Source: Verrucomicrobiota bacterium (GTDB taxonomy: Bacteria; Verrucomicrobiota; Kiritimatiellia; SS1-B-03-39; UBA6053). From it: DNA of 64,000 nucleotides. The translations under genes were made by a program, and so were the position numbers. Under the pieces are notes generated by a model. The model ran no database searches. It was not told the origin of the DNA and worked only from the letters and a program-made list of their open reading frames with translations. The stretch is taken from contig JAFIGC010000013.1 of the NCBI GenBank assembly GCA_020831635.1, positions 385 to 64,384 on the forward strand, written 5' to 3'. Below, piece by piece: positions 63,846 through 64,000 of the stretch (its first letter is position 1; each line of letters starts with the position of its first letter).

Positions 63846-63907
63846 GACAAAGTTTGCGACAGAGATTGCGGAAGAACTTTGTCTCAAGCTTTGTCCGAAA
63901 CTTTGTC
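63846..63907. repeat. Heptamer array: GACAAAG/GACAGAG followed by 3 x CTTTGTC at 12-nt spacing (copy 2)
   Basis: GACAAAG lies at 63846 and GACAGAG at 63858; CTTTGTC lies at 63877, 63889 and 63901. The 23-nt core GAACTTTGTCTCAAGCTTTGTCC is identical to 62597-62619. Confidence 0.9.
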
Positions 63908-64000
63908 CCCTCGACCCTTGCGTTTTCCTCAAACCCTGCCTATCGGCTGATGGAGGCTTTCTTCACAACCAAGGTTTTTTTACCTTGGGTTCTGAAAATC

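Overview
High-GC bacterial chromosomal window with about 48 protein genes and one tRNA-His. I saw no rRNA, CRISPR array, transposase or integrase. Gene content (several prepilin-type N-terminal proteins, a formylglycine sulfatase, short secretin-like proteins, a divergent ftsZ) fits a PVC-group organism such as Verrucomicrobiota or Kiritimatiellota; that placement is inference only. Housekeeping content includes a compact division cluster murG-murC-ddl-ftsQ-ftsA-ftsZ (17.7-24.5 kb, plus strand). There is also an elongasome operon mreB-mreC-mreD-mrdA-rodA followed by rng and acpH (56.7-49.1 kb, minus strand). Other recognisable genes are glgB, a pilT-like ATPase, a polyprenyl synthase, an Amidase_2 cell-wall amidase, a heparinase II/III-like protein and an OprO/P-type porin. 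The main finding is a large module present twice, at 787-14697 and 32798-45520 (plus the porin, to 46850). Each copy encodes two unrelated large polytopic membrane proteins with OPT-like N-termini, a giant (1640 or about 1858 aa) FtsX/MacB-type permease, a small FtsX permease and two distinct classes of MacB/LolD-type ATPase. The giant permease is fused to a catalytically degenerate PA/M28 peptidase-like ectodomain. Gene order is permuted between the copies, and accessory parts differ. Copy 1 has a PqqD/RRE-like protein and a long helical loop in the small permease; copy 2 has two LysM-like motifs and the porin. Most genes are joined by ATGA or TGATG start-stop overlaps. I do not recognise this as a characterised system. 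I propose an envelope-spanning, peptide- or peptidoglycan-directed ABC mechanotransduction or transport machine. Copy 1 lies next to the divisome genes and copy 2 a few kb from the elongasome genes. Secondary observations are tandem secretin-like paralogs, an orphan pseudopilin trio, a 39-bp-arm palindrome, an inverted-repeat element with an internal tandem repeat, and two arrays of the heptamer GACAAAG/CTTTGTC flanking an AT-richer gene. All functional calls come from motif reading by eye; no database search was possible.
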